A stretch of DNA of 64,000 nucleotides, taken from a virus. Below the pieces are notes generated by a model that did not search any database, was not told where the DNA came from, and was given only the letters and a program-made list of their open reading frames with translations. Made by a program: the position numbers and the translations under genes. This document shows, piece by piece, positions 20,946 to 32,223 of this stretch (position 1 is its first letter; each line of letters opens with the position of its first letter). The stretch covers positions 32,001-96,000 of the IMG/VR virus record IMGVR_UViG_3300044641_010298. One strand, 5' to 3'.

Positions 20946-21887
20946 TCAACTCTTTTTGCTGACTGCTCGACCAATCTGGTGTTCCCAGTCTCTATCTTTT
21001 TCTCCGCGGACCTCTAGATTCTTTTCCCACGCAGATACCAAAACCTTTGGATCAATTCCGTTCTTTCTAGCAACTGATATTAGTGCGTTGATGTCCTTTG
21101 GGAAACAATGTCCGCCAAATCCTCTTACATGGTTTCCCTCGTGAGTTGGAACCGGGCCAGGAACAGACCAGTGGGTACTTCCTAGTCTAGTATCGAATTT
21201 TGCGTACTCTACAACCTTGTCATAGTCAACATTGAGACCGCTAGCATCAAGAGATTCACAAATCTGTGAAATCTCGTTAGCAAAAGAGACTTTCACTGCA
21301 AGAAAGCAGTTCGTAACGTACTTAACCATTTCAGCTGTGGTCGAGTCTGTCTTAACAATTGGTACACTGGGAAATGCTCTCTGGAAAACATTCTTTACAG
21401 TGTTTATCTGCGGTCGTGGTCCTCCCAGAATAATTCTATTTTGGCTTCTCATATCATTCAGAGCATTTGCTTCTGTTAAAAATTCGGGATTAAAAACTAC
21501 GTAGAGTCCATTTGAATTATATTTTTCATTCCACGACTCTGTTGATCCCGGAGGAACTGTAGATTTAATAACTGCAATTCTCTCACCCGGGATAGCAGCA
21601 AGCTCTTCCAGAACGCTCTCAACAATCGAAAGATCAGCTGATCCATCTTCTTGCATCGGAGTTGGAACACAGACAAAATATACCCCTGAAAATTGTGTCC
21701 CTTTTTCTGGTCCCACTCTTTCTGCGTAGTCTATCATTCCCTTTAGAGACCAAAGATCAGACATCTCAAATACACCAGGGACTACTTTTCCAGCTTTATC
21801 AAAAGCATAGACAGTAAATCCTCGTTCAGAAAATACAGTCGCAAGTGAACCGCCAACAAATCCTTGTCCAATAACAGCTATGCTCAT
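20946..21887 (-). CDS. ugd: UDP-glucose/GDP-mannose dehydrogenase family protein (short, lacks C-terminal domain)
   Basis: GxGFVG, 'CVPTP', 'KSTVPPG', 'NPEFL' and catalytic '[10 protein letters not shown]' motifs. Confidence 0.8.
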   Translation of the reverse strand: MSIAVIGQGFVGGSLATVFSERGFTVYAFDKAGKVVPGVFEMSDLWSLKGMIDYAERVGPEKGTQFSGVYFVCVPTPMQEDGSADLSIVESVLEELAAIPGERIAVIKSTVPPGSTESWNEKYNSNGLYVVFNPEFLTEANALNDMRSQNRIILGGPRPQINTVKNVFQRAFPSVPIVKTDSTTAEMVKYVTNCFLAVKVSFANEISQICESLDASGLNVDYDKVVEYAKFDTRLGSTHWSVPGPVPTHEGNHVRGFGGHCFPKDINALISVARKNGIDPKVLVSAWEKNLEVRGEKDRDWEHQIGRAVSKKS

Positions 21888-22858
21888 TTTATTTTCTCTC
21901 TCTCTGCAGCAAGATCAGATTCATACATTAGCTTTGCGAGACTCTTGAACGTAGTCTTTGGTGTCCATCCGAGCTTTTCCTTGGCCTTGGTGCAATCTCC
22001 CTCCAGCCAGGGCACCTCGTGTGGTCTCCTGAGCCGATCATCTATGATGAGATGCTTGTCAACATCAAGGCCGGCAATCTGGAAGACCTCATCAAGGAAC
22101 TCTCTAACTGTATGAGTCTCTCCGGTGGAAATCACGTAGTCATCGGGCCTGTCTTGCTGCAGCATGAGCCACATTGCCTCAACATAGTCCTTTGCGTATC
22201 CCCAGTCTCGGAGCGCATCGAGATTTCCAAGAGAGATATTGTCCTGGAGACCGAGCTTGATCCTTGCCGCTGCAAGGGTGATCTTGCGGGTCACAAATGT
22301 CTCGCCACGACGAGGGCTCTCATGGTTGAAGAGAATACCGGAAGAAGCGTGGATGCCGTATCCCTCGCGGTAGTTACGTGTTAGACCATGAGCAAAGACC
22401 TTCGCGCATGCGTATGGCGAGGCCGGCATCAGACGTGTCAGTTCATTCTGGGGGTGTTCCGGGTTGTCACCGTACATCTCAGAAGAAGACGCTTGATAGA
22501 ATCGACAATTTGGTTGCATTGTGCGAATGCACTCTAGAAGTCGAAGCGGTCCCATGGCAACTGCGTCCACTGTCTCTTCCGGAACGTCAAATGACACCCT
22601 GACGTGTGACTGTGCAGCGAGATTGTAGACCTCATCGAACTTCTGGTTCGAGAAGAGCCGGTAGAATGCTCCGACATCGTTCATTGAGCCGTAAACGAGC
22701 TGGAAGTTTGGATTTGCGAGGAGATGGTCAATTCTGTCAGTCGCCAATAGTGAGGTTCTCCTCTTCACTCCGACGACCTTGTATCCCTTCTCCAGAAGGA
22801 GCTCTGCCAGGTATGAACCGTCCTGTCCTGTGACTCCAGTGACCAGTGCTGTCTTCAT
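21884..22858 (-). CDS. gmd: GDP-mannose 4,6-dehydratase
   Basis: '[16 protein letters not shown]', '[10 protein letters not shown]', '[16 protein letters not shown]' and '[10 protein letters not shown]' motifs. Confidence 0.95.
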   Translation of the reverse strand: MKTALVTGVTGQDGSYLAELLLEKGYKVVGVKRRTSLLATDRIDHLLANPNFQLVYGSMNDVGAFYRLFSNQKFDEVYNLAAQSHVRVSFDVPEETVDAVAMGPLRLLECIRTMQPNCRFYQASSSEMYGDNPEHPQNELTRLMPASPYACAKVFAHGLTRNYREGYGIHASSGILFNHESPRRGETFVTRKITLAAARIKLGLQDNISLGNLDALRDWGYAKDYVEAMWLMLQQDRPDDYVISTGETHTVREFLDEVFQIAGLDVDKHLIIDDRLRRPHEVPWLEGDCTKAKEKLGWTPKTTFKSLAKLMYESDLAAEREKIK

Positions 22859-22860
22859 GT

Positions 22861-23787
22861 TCAAACTATAACACCACGAACGTTCGGGTATCTTACTTGA
22901 AAGTACTTAATAGTCTCTCTTAGACCCTCGCGAAGAGGTGTATATTCACCCTTCCAGCCAAGAGACCTAAGCCTCTCGTTGGACGAAGGCTTTTCGTACT
23001 GTCCGTCAGGCTTACTCTTATCAAAGTTACAACCTCCCTCGTATCCAATCTCCTCAGCAATCATACGAGCAAGACTTTCAATCGAGACCTGCTCTGGATT
23101 TCCAATGTTGACAGGCTCTGCTTTGTCATAGTTCTCTGCAAGCCAGAGAATAATTCTTGCTGCATCACGTGCAAAAGTGAACTCACGTAACGGCTTGCCA
23201 CTTCCCCAGACATCTACATGGTCGTGTCCGTAGACCTTTGCCTCGTGAAATTTTCTGATGAGAGACGGTATGACATGACCGCTGTTTAGATCGTAGTTGT
23301 CGTTAAGACCGTAGAGATTGTTAGGAATGACTGAGATAAAGTTACATCCGAACTGTTGACGGTATGCCCTGCTCTGTACCTCTAGCATCCTCTTTGCGTA
23401 TGCGTAACCAAAGTTTGAAGGGTGTGGTGGACCGAGATGAAGCTGGTCCTCTGTGAGCGGGTATTTCACGTATGCAGCATCTGGATAGATGCAAGTTGAG
23501 AGGATAGAGACAAGCTTTAGTCCGTCATGCTTGCAGGCTTCAAGAATGTTCATGCTCATACGAACGTTATCATCAAAGAAATCTGCGACATAGTCAGTGT
23601 TTGCTTTCACACCTCCTACTCTTGCAGCGCAATGAATAACTGTGTCAAACTTACCATTTGGACAAAGTCTGAGTTTAAAATTGCCCGTGAGATCACAATT
23701 TTTCGAATTAAAACCAATTGATCCTGGTGAAAGAGATAGAACCTCACTTCCAAGTAGACCAGTTGAACCTGTAATCAGTCTCATCAT
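22861..23787 (-). CDS. fcl: GDP-L-fucose synthase
   Basis: 'AARVGG', 'STCIYP', 'YAYAKR', 'PNNLYG', '[12 protein letters not shown]' and '[10 protein letters not shown]' motifs; adjacent to gmd. Confidence 0.9.
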   Translation of the reverse strand: MMRLITGSTGLLGSEVLSLSPGSIGFNSKNCDLTGNFKLRLCPNGKFDTVIHCAARVGGVKANTDYVADFFDDNVRMSMNILEACKHDGLKLVSILSTCIYPDAAYVKYPLTEDQLHLGPPHPSNFGYAYAKRMLEVQSRAYRQQFGCNFISVIPNNLYGLNDNYDLNSGHVIPSLIRKFHEAKVYGHDHVDVWGSGKPLREFTFARDAARIILWLAENYDKAEPVNIGNPEQVSIESLARMIAEEIGYEGGCNFDKSKPDGQYEKPSSNERLRSLGWKGEYTPLREGLRETIKYFQVRYPNVRGVIV

Positions 23788-24431
23788 GATTCTCTATTGA
23801 CTTCCCAGACAGTCAAAGATTCTCTCCACCAGTAGGAAAAGTTGGAATATTTTACAGAGGCCTGGCCTAATGCATTGCTAGCAGGAACATTTAGAGTAAA
23901 TCCTTTCCCTACCATAAGATCAACAAAAGAATCAAAAGGCAAGGGATTTAAATGCTGGTGGTGTGGATCGCTTTCTGGATTTTCAGATCCACCATATCGA
24001 CTCCACGTCATTATTAGATACTTACCCGTTAGAGATCTTAGATTTTTTAGTAGAGTCTCTGTGTATTCGGGTTCGATATGTTCGCCAACTTCAGTGCATA
24101 TCACAATATCGAACTTCTTTTCTTCTAAGCCTTCCGGCAAAGGATCTCTTATATCAATAAAGTGAATATTATCAACAATTGATTTGCTAGCGTACTTTTT
24201 ATGATACTCAAAATATTCTATTCCTTCAACACTAACATTTTTGAATCCTGATTTAATGAAATCAATAAGATGACCATCTGCACAACCTACATCAATAGCA
24301 CTTGAGACACTACTAAAATTAAATACTTCTTTTAAGACTTGAAAAAATGATTCATATGGTGCAGGAGAGCGACCTGTCTCCTCGCCCTCTGGATATCTTT
24401 TCTCAATGTTAATTTTTTCCATTAAATCCAC
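23784..24431 (-). CDS. Class I SAM-dependent methyltransferase
   Basis: 'IDVGCADG' and 'FDIVICTEVGEHI' motifs. Confidence 0.8.
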   Translation of the reverse strand: MDLMEKINIEKRYPEGEETGRSPAPYESFFQVLKEVFNFSSVSSAIDVGCADGHLIDFIKSGFKNVSVEGIEYFEYHKKYASKSIVDNIHFIDIRDPLPEGLEEKKFDIVICTEVGEHIEPEYTETLLKNLRSLTGKYLIMTWSRYGGSENPESDPHHQHLNPLPFDSFVDLMVGKGFTLNVPASNALGQASVKYSNFSYWWRESLTVWEVNRES

Positions 24432-25297
24432 CTTTCTTTGGACACGACTGGGACATACTGCAAAAAATCAATCTGGCTATAGTCAAAAGACTTTAGTCTA
24501 AAATTGGTCCATGATCCCATATACGGTCTTTCAAAATCAACTATTCCAGCAAGAGCATCAATACCAGATCCTACATCATAGAATATAGCATTTTTGTATT
24601 TTTTAAGTCTGTGAAGAAGTCCAGATTTAACATGCCCAATTCCGACTAAAAATATGCGAGTCTCTTCTGATGAGTTCTCAAGCTGAGTTGCAACGCTTCG
24701 TTCAAGAGATTCAAGATCATCACACGCAAATTTCTGCGGGATCTTAATATAGTCATTAAAAGTCTCAAGACCAAGAAACTCTTGATATTCTACATTTTCC
24801 ATTAAACCCTGGATTAAGTCAATCTTTTTATCAGCTCCAATTATACCAATCTTTCCAGAAAAATTCTTTGTTAGCCATCTGCTAGAAACAAGACCGTATC
24901 CAAATTCAGCAGGAATATTGATTGGACGGTCAGGGTACAGATCTCTAAAAAGGTGAGTGTTATAAAGCTCAACAGCAATCAGATCGTTTTGCACAACACC
25001 ATTAATAAAATCATCGTGATTAAGCATCTGACTGTAATCTTTTCCAATAGATCTCTTTCCAGGAGTTGCACTTCCATATGGAATCTTTTTAAGAAAGTAA
25101 TAGTCGCCATCTCCAAACTTATAAATTGTGCAGCTATTTCCCGCAGAAGTCGCTTCAATTAACCACTTCTTGAATCCTTCTAATCCCTCCTGGAAGTTTG
25201 GACAAGCATCCGGATTTTGAAAAACTGGGTGTTGATCTAGATTTAGCGATCCTTCTATTTCATATTGTGGCAAAAAACCCGGATGCTTATCAAGCAA
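24422..25297 (-). CDS. Putative GT-D-fold (DUF1792-like) glycosyltransferase
   Basis: 'YKFGDGD' and C-terminal 'DVGSGID' motifs. Confidence 0.55.
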   Translation of the reverse strand: MLDKHPGFLPQYEIEGSLNLDQHPVFQNPDACPNFQEGLEGFKKWLIEATSAGNSCTIYKFGDGDYYFLKKIPYGSATPGKRSIGKDYSQMLNHDDFINGVVQNDLIAVELYNTHLFRDLYPDRPINIPAEFGYGLVSSRWLTKNFSGKIGIIGADKKIDLIQGLMENVEYQEFLGLETFNDYIKIPQKFACDDLESLERSVATQLENSSEETRIFLVGIGHVKSGLLHRLKKYKNAIFYDVGSGIDALAGIVDFERPYMGSWTNFRLKSFDYSQIDFLQYVPVVSKERWI

Positions 25298-25345
25298 GAT
25301 TATCTCCTAGTTAGAAAACAATAATTTGTCTTTTCTAGATTTATA

Positions 25346-26440
25346 CTAGGGCCTGTATTGATTTACGACATCAGAAATATACCTTAGCTGATTCTCTTCT
25401 AGCCACCATCCAACTGGAATGTTGATCATTCTGCTGCAGAAATAGTCGCAGCCTGGCAGACTATCTGAAACATAGTCCGAAAAGACAGAATATCTGTCAT
25501 TTCTCACGTGAACAACATCTGATGCGATTCCCTTTTCAAGGAGATACTTTGAAAAATGAGAAGGAGAATCAACAACAAGCGTATAGATCCAGTATGCAGA
25601 TTCAGCATCCGGAGTCTGTCTTAGCTTTTTAACATAGACATTTTCTATTTCACGATCGTAGAACTTTCCATTTTTTATGTGCTTCTCAACAATTCCGTCA
25701 ATTTTTTCCATCTGAAGTAATCCAATTGAAGCATTGACATTATTCATGTGGAATTTGTATCCAGATCTCGTAATGTCCTGGGACCACTTCTGGCCTGTGA
25801 ACTTTCTATCAAGACCAAACCACTTTATCTTTCTGAGTGTTTCAATTTCTTCTTTTCCAAGATTTGTAGAAATTGCGCCCCCATCGACTGTGGTCAGGTG
25901 CTTGATTGCTTGAAAAGAGAAGCAAACATAATCAGAGTGACTTCCGATCTTTTGACCCTTGTATGAGGCACCTAGTGCATGTGCTGCATCTTCAATAACC
26001 CTGATTCCGTGATTCTTGGCAATTCTATTAATTTCATCAATTTCAAATGGTAATCCGCTCCAGTGAACACCTACGATTGCCTTTGTTTTCTTGGTGATCT
26101 TCTTTTCAACAGAAGCTGGATCAATATTTCCTGTTGTGGGATCAATATCTGCCCAGACAATTTTCGCCCTAGCATTGTGAATTGGTTCATTTGTTGCCAT
26201 GCATGTCATAGGTGTCGTAATAACTTCGTCTCCCGGACCGACTCCCGACATATCATAGGCAAGTGTGAGTGCGCTGGTGCAGCTATTGACAATGGCAACA
26301 TCTCTATTCTGGATGTATTCACCAAAACTTCTCTCAAATTGATCTGACTTTTCACCCTCGGTAATAAATCCTGAGTCGAAGACTTCTTGGATTGCTTGAC
26401 CAATGCCTACCGGTGTGTGTATCTTGAAGAGGGGAATCAC
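25346..26440 (-). CDS. DegT/DnrJ/EryC1/StrS sugar aminotransferase
   Basis: 'VNSCTSAL', 'IEDAAHALG' and PLP-lysine 'SFQAIKHLTTVDGG' motifs. Confidence 0.9.
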   Translation of the reverse strand: MIPLFKIHTPVGIGQAIQEVFDSGFITEGEKSDQFERSFGEYIQNRDVAIVNSCTSALTLAYDMSGVGPGDEVITTPMTCMATNEPIHNARAKIVWADIDPTTGNIDPASVEKKITKKTKAIVGVHWSGLPFEIDEINRIAKNHGIRVIEDAAHALGASYKGQKIGSHSDYVCFSFQAIKHLTTVDGGAISTNLGKEEIETLRKIKWFGLDRKFTGQKWSQDITRSGYKFHMNNVNASIGLLQMEKIDGIVEKHIKNGKFYDREIENVYVKKLRQTPDAESAYWIYTLVVDSPSHFSKYLLEKGIASDVVHVRNDRYSVFSDYVSDSLPGCDYFCSRMINIPVGWWLEENQLRYISDVVNQYRP

Positions 26441-27390
26441 TTGGTTTTTCTCCTGTATTCGCTGATTATATTCTCAATTTCTTTGTCAAGGAATCTTGTT
26501 TGCTTCCATCCTAGATTCAAAACCTTGCTATTGTCGAGAGCGTATCTGACATCAGCACCCGATCTATCCATTACGTTTTTTGTAACATCTTTGTAGTCAA
26601 CTTTCATATTTTTACAAATTATCCTTACGACTTCTTCTACAGAATATTCTTCGTCAGAAGAAATGTGATAAGACTCATTTCTATTTCCTTCTTCGATTAT
26701 TCTAAAAATTGCGTCAACATTATCATCAACGTGAATCCAGTTTCTAATATGGGTGCCGCTTCCGTGAATTGGTATCTTGTTTCCATCAAGGATGCTCGTT
26801 ATAGATCTAGGAATTAATTTTTCTGAGTTTTGTCTTGGGCCGTAGTTGTTAGTAGTTCTTGTGATAATGTATGGAATTTTATAGGTTCTTCCCCACGCAG
26901 AAACAAGCTGTTCAGCGGCTGACTTTGTTGCAGAGTAGGGATTACTTGGTGTGTGCTTGTCAGACTCCCCAAAGAAACCATCTTCAATGTCTCCAAATAC
27001 CTCGTCTGTGCTGATTTGTACGAAAAGCGGGCACTCATATTCCCAGGCGGACATTACGCTTTTTATGTTCTTGTTCTTTATAATTTCAAGCAAATTATAG
27101 ACACCTAGCACGTTGGTTCTAACAAAATTGAAGCTGTCTTCTATTGAGTTATCAACATGTGATTCAGCAGCAAAATTTATTATTGCGTGACAGTGGGGAA
27201 GATCTTTGATTTGTGAAATATCCTCTTTTATGTGAACATAATTTCCCTTAAAATTCAGATCCTTATTAGCTGCATAAGTCTCGCAATCAATGTTGATGAT
27301 TGAATATCCCTTTTCAAGGGCTTTCTCGACAAAATGAGAGCCTATGAATCCTAAGCCTCCAGTAACTACAAAAGTCTTACTTCTGGACAT
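26437..27390 (-). CDS. rfbB: dTDP-glucose 4,6-dehydratase
   Basis: 'TGGLGFIGS', 'FAAESHVD', 'STDEVFG', 'PYSATK' and 'NNYGPRQ..EKLIP' motifs; start trimmed to MSRSK. Confidence 0.85.
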   Translation of the reverse strand: MSRSKTFVVTGGLGFIGSHFVEKALEKGYSIINIDCETYAANKDLNFKGNYVHIKEDISQIKDLPHCHAIINFAAESHVDNSIEDSFNFVRTNVLGVYNLLEIIKNKNIKSVMSAWEYECPLFVQISTDEVFGDIEDGFFGESDKHTPSNPYSATKSAAEQLVSAWGRTYKIPYIITRTTNNYGPRQNSEKLIPRSITSILDGNKIPIHGSGTHIRNWIHVDDNVDAIFRIIEEGNRNESYHISSDEEYSVEEVVRIICKNMKVDYKDVTKNVMDRSGADVRYALDNSKVLNLGWKQTRFLDKEIENIISEYRRKTK

Positions 27391-27808
27391 TTTCAAAAAA
27401 GATCTCCCAATTTTCAAATTTCTCTGTGTCCTGATTTTCAGGATGCCATGCAATATTAGGCAGGTTTATTACAGTTGATATCTCTGATTCACTATTATTC
27501 ACAATTCTTATAGGCATTCCTGGCGGAATAAAGACTACTCGAATTTGATTTTCATCAACTCTTAGATTGACCTTTTTTACTTGACCATCCTCAAAATACT
27601 CAACAAAACTTTCTCCACCAATTGCAGTCAGATACCCAGATCTTTTCCTGTGAAGAATTGGCCCCTTTTTCATAAGGGGACCAATCGTTGTTGCGTAGAC
27701 CATTGCAGGTTGATATCCTGGAACAAGAGAATCCCAATCCCTGTATATTGGAATCATGAGACCCTCAGCCGTCTTGTTGATGAATATTTCCCTATAAGAG
27801 AGAGTCAT
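27377..27808 (-). CDS. Cupin-fold sugar epimerase/isomerase (RmlC/FdtA-like)
   Basis: 'KGPILH' and 'VVFIPPG' cupin motifs; adjacent to rfbB. Confidence 0.6.
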   Translation of the reverse strand: MTLSYREIFINKTAEGLMIPIYRDWDSLVPGYQPAMVYATTIGPLMKKGPILHRKRSGYLTAIGGESFVEYFEDGQVKKVNLRVDENQIRVVFIPPGMPIRIVNNSESEISTVINLPNIAWHPENQDTEKFENWEIFFENVQK

Positions 27809-28434
27809 TTATTTTCCTTTTTAATCTTATCAATAAAATCCGAGCTTATACAATCAGAAAAAATTGAAATTCCAGGAAATTTTTCATTTATTACAGTGTA
27901 ATTAAGCTTATCCCTAGTTGAGCAAATTGAAGCTCTTTTGTATTTTGTCATCCACTCAACATTGTCTCTCTCAGGAGTTCCGCCTTCAAAAATTACTGGG
28001 ATCCCACTTTTTATTTTTTCCTTGAATATTTCATGAATTTGATAAATCTTTTCTCCATCATTTGAAACATCAATGTGACAAAAATCAAAATTTAGATTGG
28101 ACCAATCTCCCTCAAATATGTTTCCCTTCTCAAGAGTCACAAAATCTGAAACGCCAAGATCATCTATCCTTTGCTGAACATCTGATCTTTTGCTGCTCTT
28201 ATAAGAGTAATCTTCCCACAAGTCAAAGCATGTAAGTGATCCATTTCCGAGTGTCTTCAAAGCAAGGCCCATGCAAATTGCAGAATATCCAAAAAGAGTC
28301 CCAAACTCAACAATTTTTAAGGGAGAAATTTCTAAAACTGTCTCATACAAAAAAATACCAAGACCATTCTTGGAATAAGAAGACTCAATTTCTAGCCTAT
28401 TTATAATTTCTCTTGCCTCATTCTCTCTTATCAT
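27805..28434 (-). CDS. Class I SAM methyltransferase (Methyltransf_24-like)
   Basis: 'IVEFGTLFGYSAI' and 'FDFCHID' motifs. Confidence 0.75.
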   Translation of the reverse strand: MIRENEAREIINRLEIESSYSKNGLGIFLYETVLEISPLKIVEFGTLFGYSAICMGLALKTLGNGSLTCFDLWEDYSYKSSKRSDVQQRIDDLGVSDFVTLEKGNIFEGDWSNLNFDFCHIDVSNDGEKIYQIHEIFKEKIKSGIPVIFEGGTPERDNVEWMTKYKRASICSTRDKLNYTVINEKFPGISIFSDCISSDFIDKIKKENK

Positions 28435-28455
28435 TAATTCCTCACGTTCTGGAAT

Positions 28456-29112
28456 CTAGTAATCTCTTGGATTTTCACCATGCGGATACCAAGTCAATCC
28501 CATCTCATCTCTAGTGTCAAATTGAATCTTCTCTTTTTGAAAAAAATTAAAAATTTGATCTTCAATTGAGATTGAATTCTTGACCATTTCAATTAAATTA
28601 ATTGATCTACAGTAGCTTAAAAGATCCTTAGAGCTTATACAAAAAAGACCTGTATTAAAATGTCGACCGTGCTCTCTGTTAATTGTGAATAGATTTCTTG
28701 GATTTGACAAAAAAGAATCAATAAAATTAAAGTTTCTTGTCTTCTGCCTCGGTTCGTGATGAATTATCCAGTCATATTCTTTTATTTCATTTTCAAGACA
28801 AAGCCACGTAAAAATCAGTCCAGCACCGTTATTTAATCCCCCAAATTGATTGTTTTTAGTTAAAAAAACTCTAGAATTTGAGGGAAATCTATCAACAATT
28901 CTTTGATCAATCTCGGAAAAACTAGAAGATGTATTATCAGATATGATGATGTCCACATTCTTGAATCTATCATGTCCGCTCAAGAATGTATCTAGCCCCG
29001 CCATATACTGGTTTACTCTATCCTCTCCTGTAAATCTTCCAGAACCATATCCGGTGCGAGGAGGCGGATTAAATGCACAGCTCAGGATGATTAAGCACCT
29101 GCTTTTTTCCAT
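28456..29112 (-). CDS. Hypothetical protein, possible GT-A glycosyltransferase
   Basis: 'IIISDNT' and 'NNGAG' motifs; island context. Confidence 0.4.
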   Translation of the reverse strand: MEKSRCLIILSCAFNPPPRTGYGSGRFTGEDRVNQYMAGLDTFLSGHDRFKNVDIIISDNTSSSFSEIDQRIVDRFPSNSRVFLTKNNQFGGLNNGAGLIFTWLCLENEIKEYDWIIHHEPRQKTRNFNFIDSFLSNPRNLFTINREHGRHFNTGLFCISSKDLLSYCRSINLIEMVKNSISIEDQIFNFFQKEKIQFDTRDEMGLTWYPHGENPRDY

Positions 29113-29167
29113 GTGAAATCTCCAGTATTTGTCTCGTTTTATGTTTTCTGAAGTTTGCTAACTCGTC

Positions 29168-29869
29168 TTAGTTTCTCTGGTCTTCCACAAGGTTCTTTCT
29201 CATGAAGTAGATGTTTGTGTGCTCATAATCATCATCTTTGTTTTCTACTTTCAAAAAGTACAAAGAATTTTCTCGAATGAGTGCACGATAAGCAATAAAT
29301 CCTGATGTTTCAAGAAGCTGAAGCATATCAGAAATCTTTATTCCTCGCTCTTTCCAGCATCCTCCGTACTCGAATTGTCCGGCTAGTATTTTTTCGTGAT
29401 TAGCATATCTTCCAATGCTAGAAAAAGTCTCTAGCTCAAATCCCTCTGTATCAATCTTGAGATACCATGAGCTAGAAGGGGATTGATCAAATTCTGATTC
29501 ATCCAGTATGCTCTCAAGCCTTCTGAGGCTGACTTCGATCTTCTCTCTTTGATTCAGTATCTCTATCTCGTTAAATGCCTGTCTGTCATAGAGAGCTGAA
29601 CACTTGGGAAAATTAGGCGTCACAAACATATCAGACTTTTTTTCTTCTGTGGAGATTGCGCATTGAAATACTTTTGCGCTTGGGAATCTATTTCTAATGA
29701 TCTCAGCCTTTTCTGGTATCGGCTCGATCATGATTGCATTTTTTCTAGATCCCATCCCTAGAACAAAACTAACAAAGTCACCCTCGTGACTTCCTACGTC
29801 AATTATTCCAAAATCTTTTGGAAAAACTCGATCAATTATCGATTTTGCAATGATAAAATCTTCTTCCAC
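29168..29869 (-). CDS. FkbM-family methyltransferase
   Basis: 'IDVGSHEGD', 'IEP' and 'YLKIDTEGFE' motifs. Confidence 0.85.
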   Translation of the reverse strand: MEEDFIIAKSIIDRVFPKDFGIIDVGSHEGDFVSFVLGMGSRKNAIMIEPIPEKAEIIRNRFPSAKVFQCAISTEEKKSDMFVTPNFPKCSALYDRQAFNEIEILNQREKIEVSLRRLESILDESEFDQSPSSSWYLKIDTEGFELETFSSIGRYANHEKILAGQFEYGGCWKERGIKISDMLQLLETSGFIAYRALIRENSLYFLKVENKDDDYEHTNIYFMRKNLVEDQRN

Positions 29870-29882
29870 AGCAGCTCCCGTC

Positions 29883-30725
29883 TCAAATATACCCGAGAAT
29901 AATGTTCTCGTATTTCTTTGCAGCCTGCTCGAGAGTAAAACTCTCCTCTATGAATTCTCTTGGTAAGAAACTTGAAATTTTTTGAGAAAATTCATCAAAT
30001 CTATCAATATTAAAGGTGTCAAAGATCTCACCGCAGCGCTGGTCAAAATATGGAACGCTAGTTGAATCAGCAGGGTTATCCTTGTAGTGAAAATAGTCAA
30101 ACTTTGATTTATTCACAACATAGCAGGGCACACCCATTGAGAGTATCTGCATGTAAGCAATTCCTTGTGACTCAGTACCCGTCAAAAGAATGCAAGATCT
30201 AGCGCTTTCACAGGCAAGATATAGATCTTTCTCTTCGTATTTTCCATACTCTATGATCCTGTGAGGGACGGACCTGCTTCTGAGGTGATTGATGACAAAA
30301 TCAAGCTCTTCTCTCTGCCGACTCTTGAAATAGACTAAGACCTCTTTCTTTTGTTGATTTTTTGGGGACCAAAGATCAGTATCAATGCCTGCGGGCCACA
30401 CATCAATTGTGGATGATGACATCTCTGCGTATTTTTGGTACTTTTTCTTAACCCATTCGCTTGGGACAACATAGTGATCAAATTTTTTACAAATTTCTCC
30501 CCACTCACTTGGAAAGATGAATAAATTTGGTCCCATTATAGCATTTCTAGGAAGAGATCCCAGAGCTTGAGTGGGCTGTAAACATCCCTGGATAACATCG
30601 GATTGTATCCTGCTATTTCCATAGACAGACCATCCAATTCCAGCTAGGCCTCTTGCAAGACTTTCAACAACTCTTCCAGGTCCTCTTTGAGTCGAAGAAA
30701 AATGCAAGTTTATTTCTTTTTTCAA
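29883..30725 (-). CDS. GT-B glycosyltransferase-like protein
   Basis: 'VVPSEWV', 'GIDTD' and 'TESQGIAYMQILSMGVP' motifs. Confidence 0.65.
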   Translation of the reverse strand: MKKEINLHFSSTQRGPGRVVESLARGLAGIGWSVYGNSRIQSDVIQGCLQPTQALGSLPRNAIMGPNLFIFPSEWGEICKKFDHYVVPSEWVKKKYQKYAEMSSSTIDVWPAGIDTDLWSPKNQQKKEVLVYFKSRQREELDFVINHLRSRSVPHRIIEYGKYEEKDLYLACESARSCILLTGTESQGIAYMQILSMGVPCYVVNKSKFDYFHYKDNPADSTSVPYFDQRCGEIFDTFNIDRFDEFSQKISSFLPREFIEESFTLEQAAKKYENIILGYI

Positions 30726-31525
30726 CTTCTTTCCAGAAGGCTTATAGAAGAAGGATAATGAGCAGAAGTATTGTTTATCTCAGAAAGCGACAAGAAGTCA
30801 ATCTTCTTTCCCTGATCCCAGATCTTTTTCAAATTTTCTGGTAATTCCTCGCCCGACTTGTTCTTGTACTCATCTTGGACACGATTGATGGGCAAGTTCA
30901 CTATGCAGGAAGATGCCATACAGACACATCCAAAGTTTTGAGACATCTGCTTGGCAATTTGCAACCTGTCCTCGAACTGATTTGGATTATTGAATTCAAT
31001 CATCTGAATCCATGATAGCATCTGATCTTTTCTAAAGACGTGTCCATCAACAGATATTGGGTAACTCCAGTCTCCAGATCCAGCGCGCCAGTCCCAAGCA
31101 AAAAATCCTCCCTGGATCATTCCGTCTGGGATTGGCTGCTTCTCTCCTGTTGGATAGCAATAGTTTAGATGCATACCCATTCTCATTGAGAATGTTAGAA
31201 TGCTGGGATTTGCATCCAAGATGCCGCACATTGTCAATATTGAGCATCTCTTCTTGAAGATGATATCATCAACAAAGAATGTGCAAAATCTGCTTGCCTC
31301 AGAAAAGCAAGACATGATATCTTGCTTAAAATTTCCCTGATTTACGAACCTAACATGTGGAAATTTTTTTCTTATCTCTTCGAGACCATCAACATAGAGA
31401 TCATCGTATTTGAAAATAACAGATATTGAGGAGTGATCCTTGATGTCAGAATAAAAATGAAGAGATTCTAACAATGCATAGAGCTGGAGGGGTCTATTCC
31501 TAGAAAATATTACAGTATCGATCAT
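30722..31525 (-). CDS. GT2-like glycosyltransferase
   Basis: 'IFSRNRPLQL' and 'FFVDD' DxD-like motif. Confidence 0.6.
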   Translation of the reverse strand: MIDTVIFSRNRPLQLYALLESLHFYSDIKDHSSISVIFKYDDLYVDGLEEIRKKFPHVRFVNQGNFKQDIMSCFSEASRFCTFFVDDIIFKKRCSILTMCGILDANPSILTFSMRMGMHLNYCYPTGEKQPIPDGMIQGGFFAWDWRAGSGDWSYPISVDGHVFRKDQMLSWIQMIEFNNPNQFEDRLQIAKQMSQNFGCVCMASSCIVNLPINRVQDEYKNKSGEELPENLKKIWDQGKKIDFLSLSEINNTSAHYPSSISLLERS

Positions 31526-32223
31526 TTTACCACGCCCGTATAAAGATACAGGGATCTATAGAAGCTTGACAATGATAATGCAATTTTTGGATCATAGGCT
31601 GGACTGTGTTCGAACCTATAGGTTACAAGTCGCTCAGGAAGTATTTCAATTTTTGCAAACTTGATCGCTCTTAGCCAGAAATGATAATCCTCGCAGAAAG
31701 GAAAGCAATCTTCGTAGACCCCAATGTGATCAATCAGGGACCGCTTAAAGATCATGCTGGAATTTGCAAGGCAATTTCTTCCAGAAAGCATGCTGCTGAT
31801 TATTTCATTGTGTGTCAGAGGATGGAATATCTGATTTTCGTAGAGCGTTCCATCTTTATGTGTTGTCAATATCTGTGTACCAACAACATCTGCTCCATTT
31901 TCATCGATGCACTTGATCTGCTTTTCAATCTTTCCATCGTGCCAGATATCATCAGCATCCAAGAGGGCAACTAGATCACCCTTTGCAATAAAAAGACCCT
32001 TGTTTCTTGCAGGAACTTTTCCCTTTTGAGATTCAACAACGATCACCCTGCCATCTATTTCTGCTTCTTTGTTGGCAACTTCCATTGTTGAATCTGTGCA
32101 GCCATTGACAATTACAATGACCTCTTCAATGACAGGACCCTGGGAAAGCGCGCTCTGGATTGCGTCACGAAGTGTGGATTCAGCATTATAGGCAGGAATT
32201 ATGACCGAGACGCTGTGATTCAC
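31522..32223 (-). CDS. Glycosyltransferase family 2
   Basis: 'VSVIIPAYN', 'ARN', 'LDADD' and 'EDY.FWLR' motifs. Confidence 0.9.
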   Translation of the reverse strand: MNHSVSVIIPAYNAESTLRDAIQSALSQGPVIEEVIVIVNGCTDSTMEVANKEAEIDGRVIVVESQKGKVPARNKGLFIAKGDLVALLDADDIWHDGKIEKQIKCIDENGADVVGTQILTTHKDGTLYENQIFHPLTHNEIISSMLSGRNCLANSSMIFKRSLIDHIGVYEDCFPFCEDYHFWLRAIKFAKIEILPERLVTYRFEHSPAYDPKIALSLSSFYRSLYLYTGVVK